Shown here: positions 31,942-33,521 of the stretch, one piece after another
Numbering within the stretch: position 1 is the stretch's first letter
Layout: the number at the start of each line of letters is the position of its first letter
Assembly (NCBI GenBank): GCA_031283665.1
Contig: JAITBJ010000017.1
Coordinates: forward strand, 1-33,521
Direction: 5' to 3'
Origin: Candidatus Opitulatrix cubana
GTDB taxonomy: Bacteria > Actinomycetota > Actinomycetes > Actinomycetales > Bifidobacteriaceae
DNA length: 33,521 bases
Notes under the pieces: model-generated
What the model was told of the DNA's origin: nothing
Database searches by the model: none
The model's input: only the letters and a program-made list of their open reading frames with translations
Position numbers and translations under genes: made by a program

Positions 31942-33521
31942 ATGCCTGAAACTCGTAAATCTGTAAAAGATGTTATATCTATAAAAGGTGCAAGAGTTCA
32001 TAATCTAAAAAATATAGACTTGACTATTCCTAGAAACTCTTTAAATGTGTTTACAGGTTTGTCTGGATCAGGCAAATCCTCTTTAGCGTTTGATACTATT
32101 TTTGCAGAGGGGCAGAGGCGATTCGTAGAATCGCTCTCTGCTTATGCTAGACAGTTTTTAGGTCAAATGGATAAACCTGATATAGATTTTATAGAGGGGC
32201 TTTCACCAGCGGTGTCTATTGACCAAAAGTCTACTAATAAAAATCCTAGATCTACTGTGGGGACTATTACAGAGATTTATGATTATTTGAGACTTCTTTT
32301 TGCTAGAGTGGGAACCCAGCACTGTCCTAAATGCGATGCACAGGTCGAGTCTCAAACCCCAGGTCAAATGGCAGATGCTATTTTGGAATTAGAAGAGGGC
32401 ACAAAGTTTTTAGTGTTAGCACCTGTGATAAGAGATAGGAAAGGGGAATATCAAGATCTTTTTCAAAATCTAAAAAAGCAAGGATTTGTGAGAGTTAGAG
32501 TAGATGGTGAAGTGCTTGAGCTTCAAGACAAAATCACATTAGAGAAAAATCTGCGTCATAATATAGAAGTAGTAGTAGACCGTTTAGTAGTAGATAAAAA
32601 TGCTAAATCAAGATTGGTGGATTCAATAGAAACAGCTTTAGATGTAGCACATAATTTAATGACTGTGCAAATAGTTAGCAAAATGGACGCAGCGCCGTAT
32701 GAGTTTAGAAACTTTTCATCTGTTCGCGCTTGCCCTAATGGGCACGAGTTAACTTTAACAGATATAGAGCCGCGTACATTTTCATTTAACGCACCATATG
32801 GAGCATGCCCTGAATGCGACGGTATTGGTAAAAAATCTGAAATTGATCCTGCGTTGGTAGTAGTAGATAAAAATCTGCCTGCAATGGATGGTGGGTTTAT
32901 TCAGTCTATGGGCATTTCAGGACAGTATTTTCAAAGTATTTTGCAGCAACTTGCAAATGAATTAGATTTTGATCTAGACAGTCCTCTAAAAGATTTAACT
33001 AAAAAGCAATTAGACTCAATTCTTTTTGGATACAAGTTTAAAGTGTATGATGAATGGAGAGATCAGTGGGGAGGGTTGAGGCGCAAAACTAGCGGCTTTG
33101 AGGGTGTAGTGCCTATTTTGCAAAGGCGCTATGATGAGACAGATTCTTCTTATGCACGATTTAGATATGAATCTATTATGAGAGAGGCGCCTTGTCCGCT
33201 TTGCAAAGGCGCTAGACTAAAAGATGATGTGCTAGCTGTGAGAATTAAAAAGTGCAATATATACGATGTTTGCACGCTTTCAATAGATAATTTATCTGTA
33301 TGGATTAAGGCTTTGAATCTGAAAGGATCTAATGCGAAAATTGCTGCTCAAGTGATTCAAGAGATTTCCACTCGCGTAGATTTTTTGCTAAATGTGGGGC
33401 TGAATTATTTAACGCTTGCACGCTCTGCTGCCACTCTTTCAGGCGGCGAAGCTCAAAGAATAAGACTTGCTACGCAAATAGGCTCTGGATTAGTGGGAGT
33501 GCTTTATGTGCTTGATGAGCC
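31942..33521 (+). CDS. uvrA: Excinuclease ABC subunit A, 3'-truncated by the window edge
   Basis: It is not in the ORF track because it is open-ended. Translation reads MPETRKSVKDVISIKGARVHNLKNIDLTIPRNSLNVFTGLSGSGKSSLAFDTIFAEGQRRFVESLSAYARQFLGQ...SIDQKST..NPRSTVGT.TEIYDYLRLLFARVG. The zinc-module cysteines and the ABC signature LSGGEAQRIRLA near the end are also present. Confidence 0.96.
   Translation, partial: MPETRKSVKDVISIKGARVHNLKNIDLTIPRNSLNVFTGLSGSGKSSLAFDTIFAEGQRRFVESLSAYARQFLGQMDKPDIDFIEGLSPAVSIDQKSTNKNPRSTVGTITEIYDYLRLLFARVGTQHCPKCDAQVESQTPGQMADAILELEEGTKFLVLAPVIRDRKGEYQDLFQNLKKQGFVRVRVDGEVLELQDKITLEKNLRHNIEVVVDRLVVDKNAKSRLVDSIETALDVAHNLMTVQIVSKMDAAPYEFRNFSSVRACPNGHELTLTDIEPRTFSFNAPYGACPECDGIGKKSEIDPALVVVDKNLPAMDGGFIQSMGISGQYFQSILQQLANELDFDLDSPLKDLTKKQLDSILFGYKFKVYDEWRDQWGGLRRKTSGFEGVVPILQRRYDETDSSYARFRYESIMREAPCPLCKGARLKDDVLAVRIKKCNIYDVCTLSIDNLSVWIKALNLKGSNAKIAAQVIQEISTRVDFLLNVGLNYLTLARSAATLSGGEAQRIRLATQIGSGLVGVLYVLDE

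Overview
This 33.5-kb window is a very gene-dense chromosomal segment with 30 CDS, 1 tRNA and almost no intergenic DNA. It is AT-rich, roughly mid-30s % G+C by eye (not computed). Gene content and order look actinobacterial: rpoZ-metK-priA, tRNA-Pro next to tig-clpP1-clpP2-clpX, trmI-lgt, and a DUF349 protein. Most genes are housekeeping, nucleoside salvage (deoD, cdd, NCS2 purine permease) or transport (four MFS transporters and one OPT). I see no CRISPR array, transposase, integrase, prophage, toxin-antitoxin pair or recognisable defence island, and I cannot honestly point to a convincing new multi-gene system. Several things are still worth a second look. (1) A repeated promoter grammar, (TGn)TAnnnT-N6-ATG/GTG, sits in front of at least 12 genes. 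It implies leaderless mRNAs and includes back-to-back overlapping -10 boxes in 22-bp and 14-bp divergent intergenic regions. (2) A 16-nt palindromic element is shared by two unrelated promoters. (3) A surface protein has an unusual Cys-bracketed loop in two of its three SLH repeats, encoded by a 29-nt stretch identical at DNA level. (4) An orphan beta-class amino-methyltransferase homologue has its catalytic DPPY motif degraded to EPQL. (5) The PriA homologue is strongly reduced and lacks both helicase motifs and the zinc finger. (6) A Bcs1-like fusion of a cytidylyltransferase and an SDR looks like a CDP-ribitol synthase. (7) An in-frame 18-bp tandem repeat is inserted in TrmI. (8) hemW has its first radical-SAM cysteine upstream of any canonical start codon. 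All functional calls come from motif recognition by eye. No database search was run.
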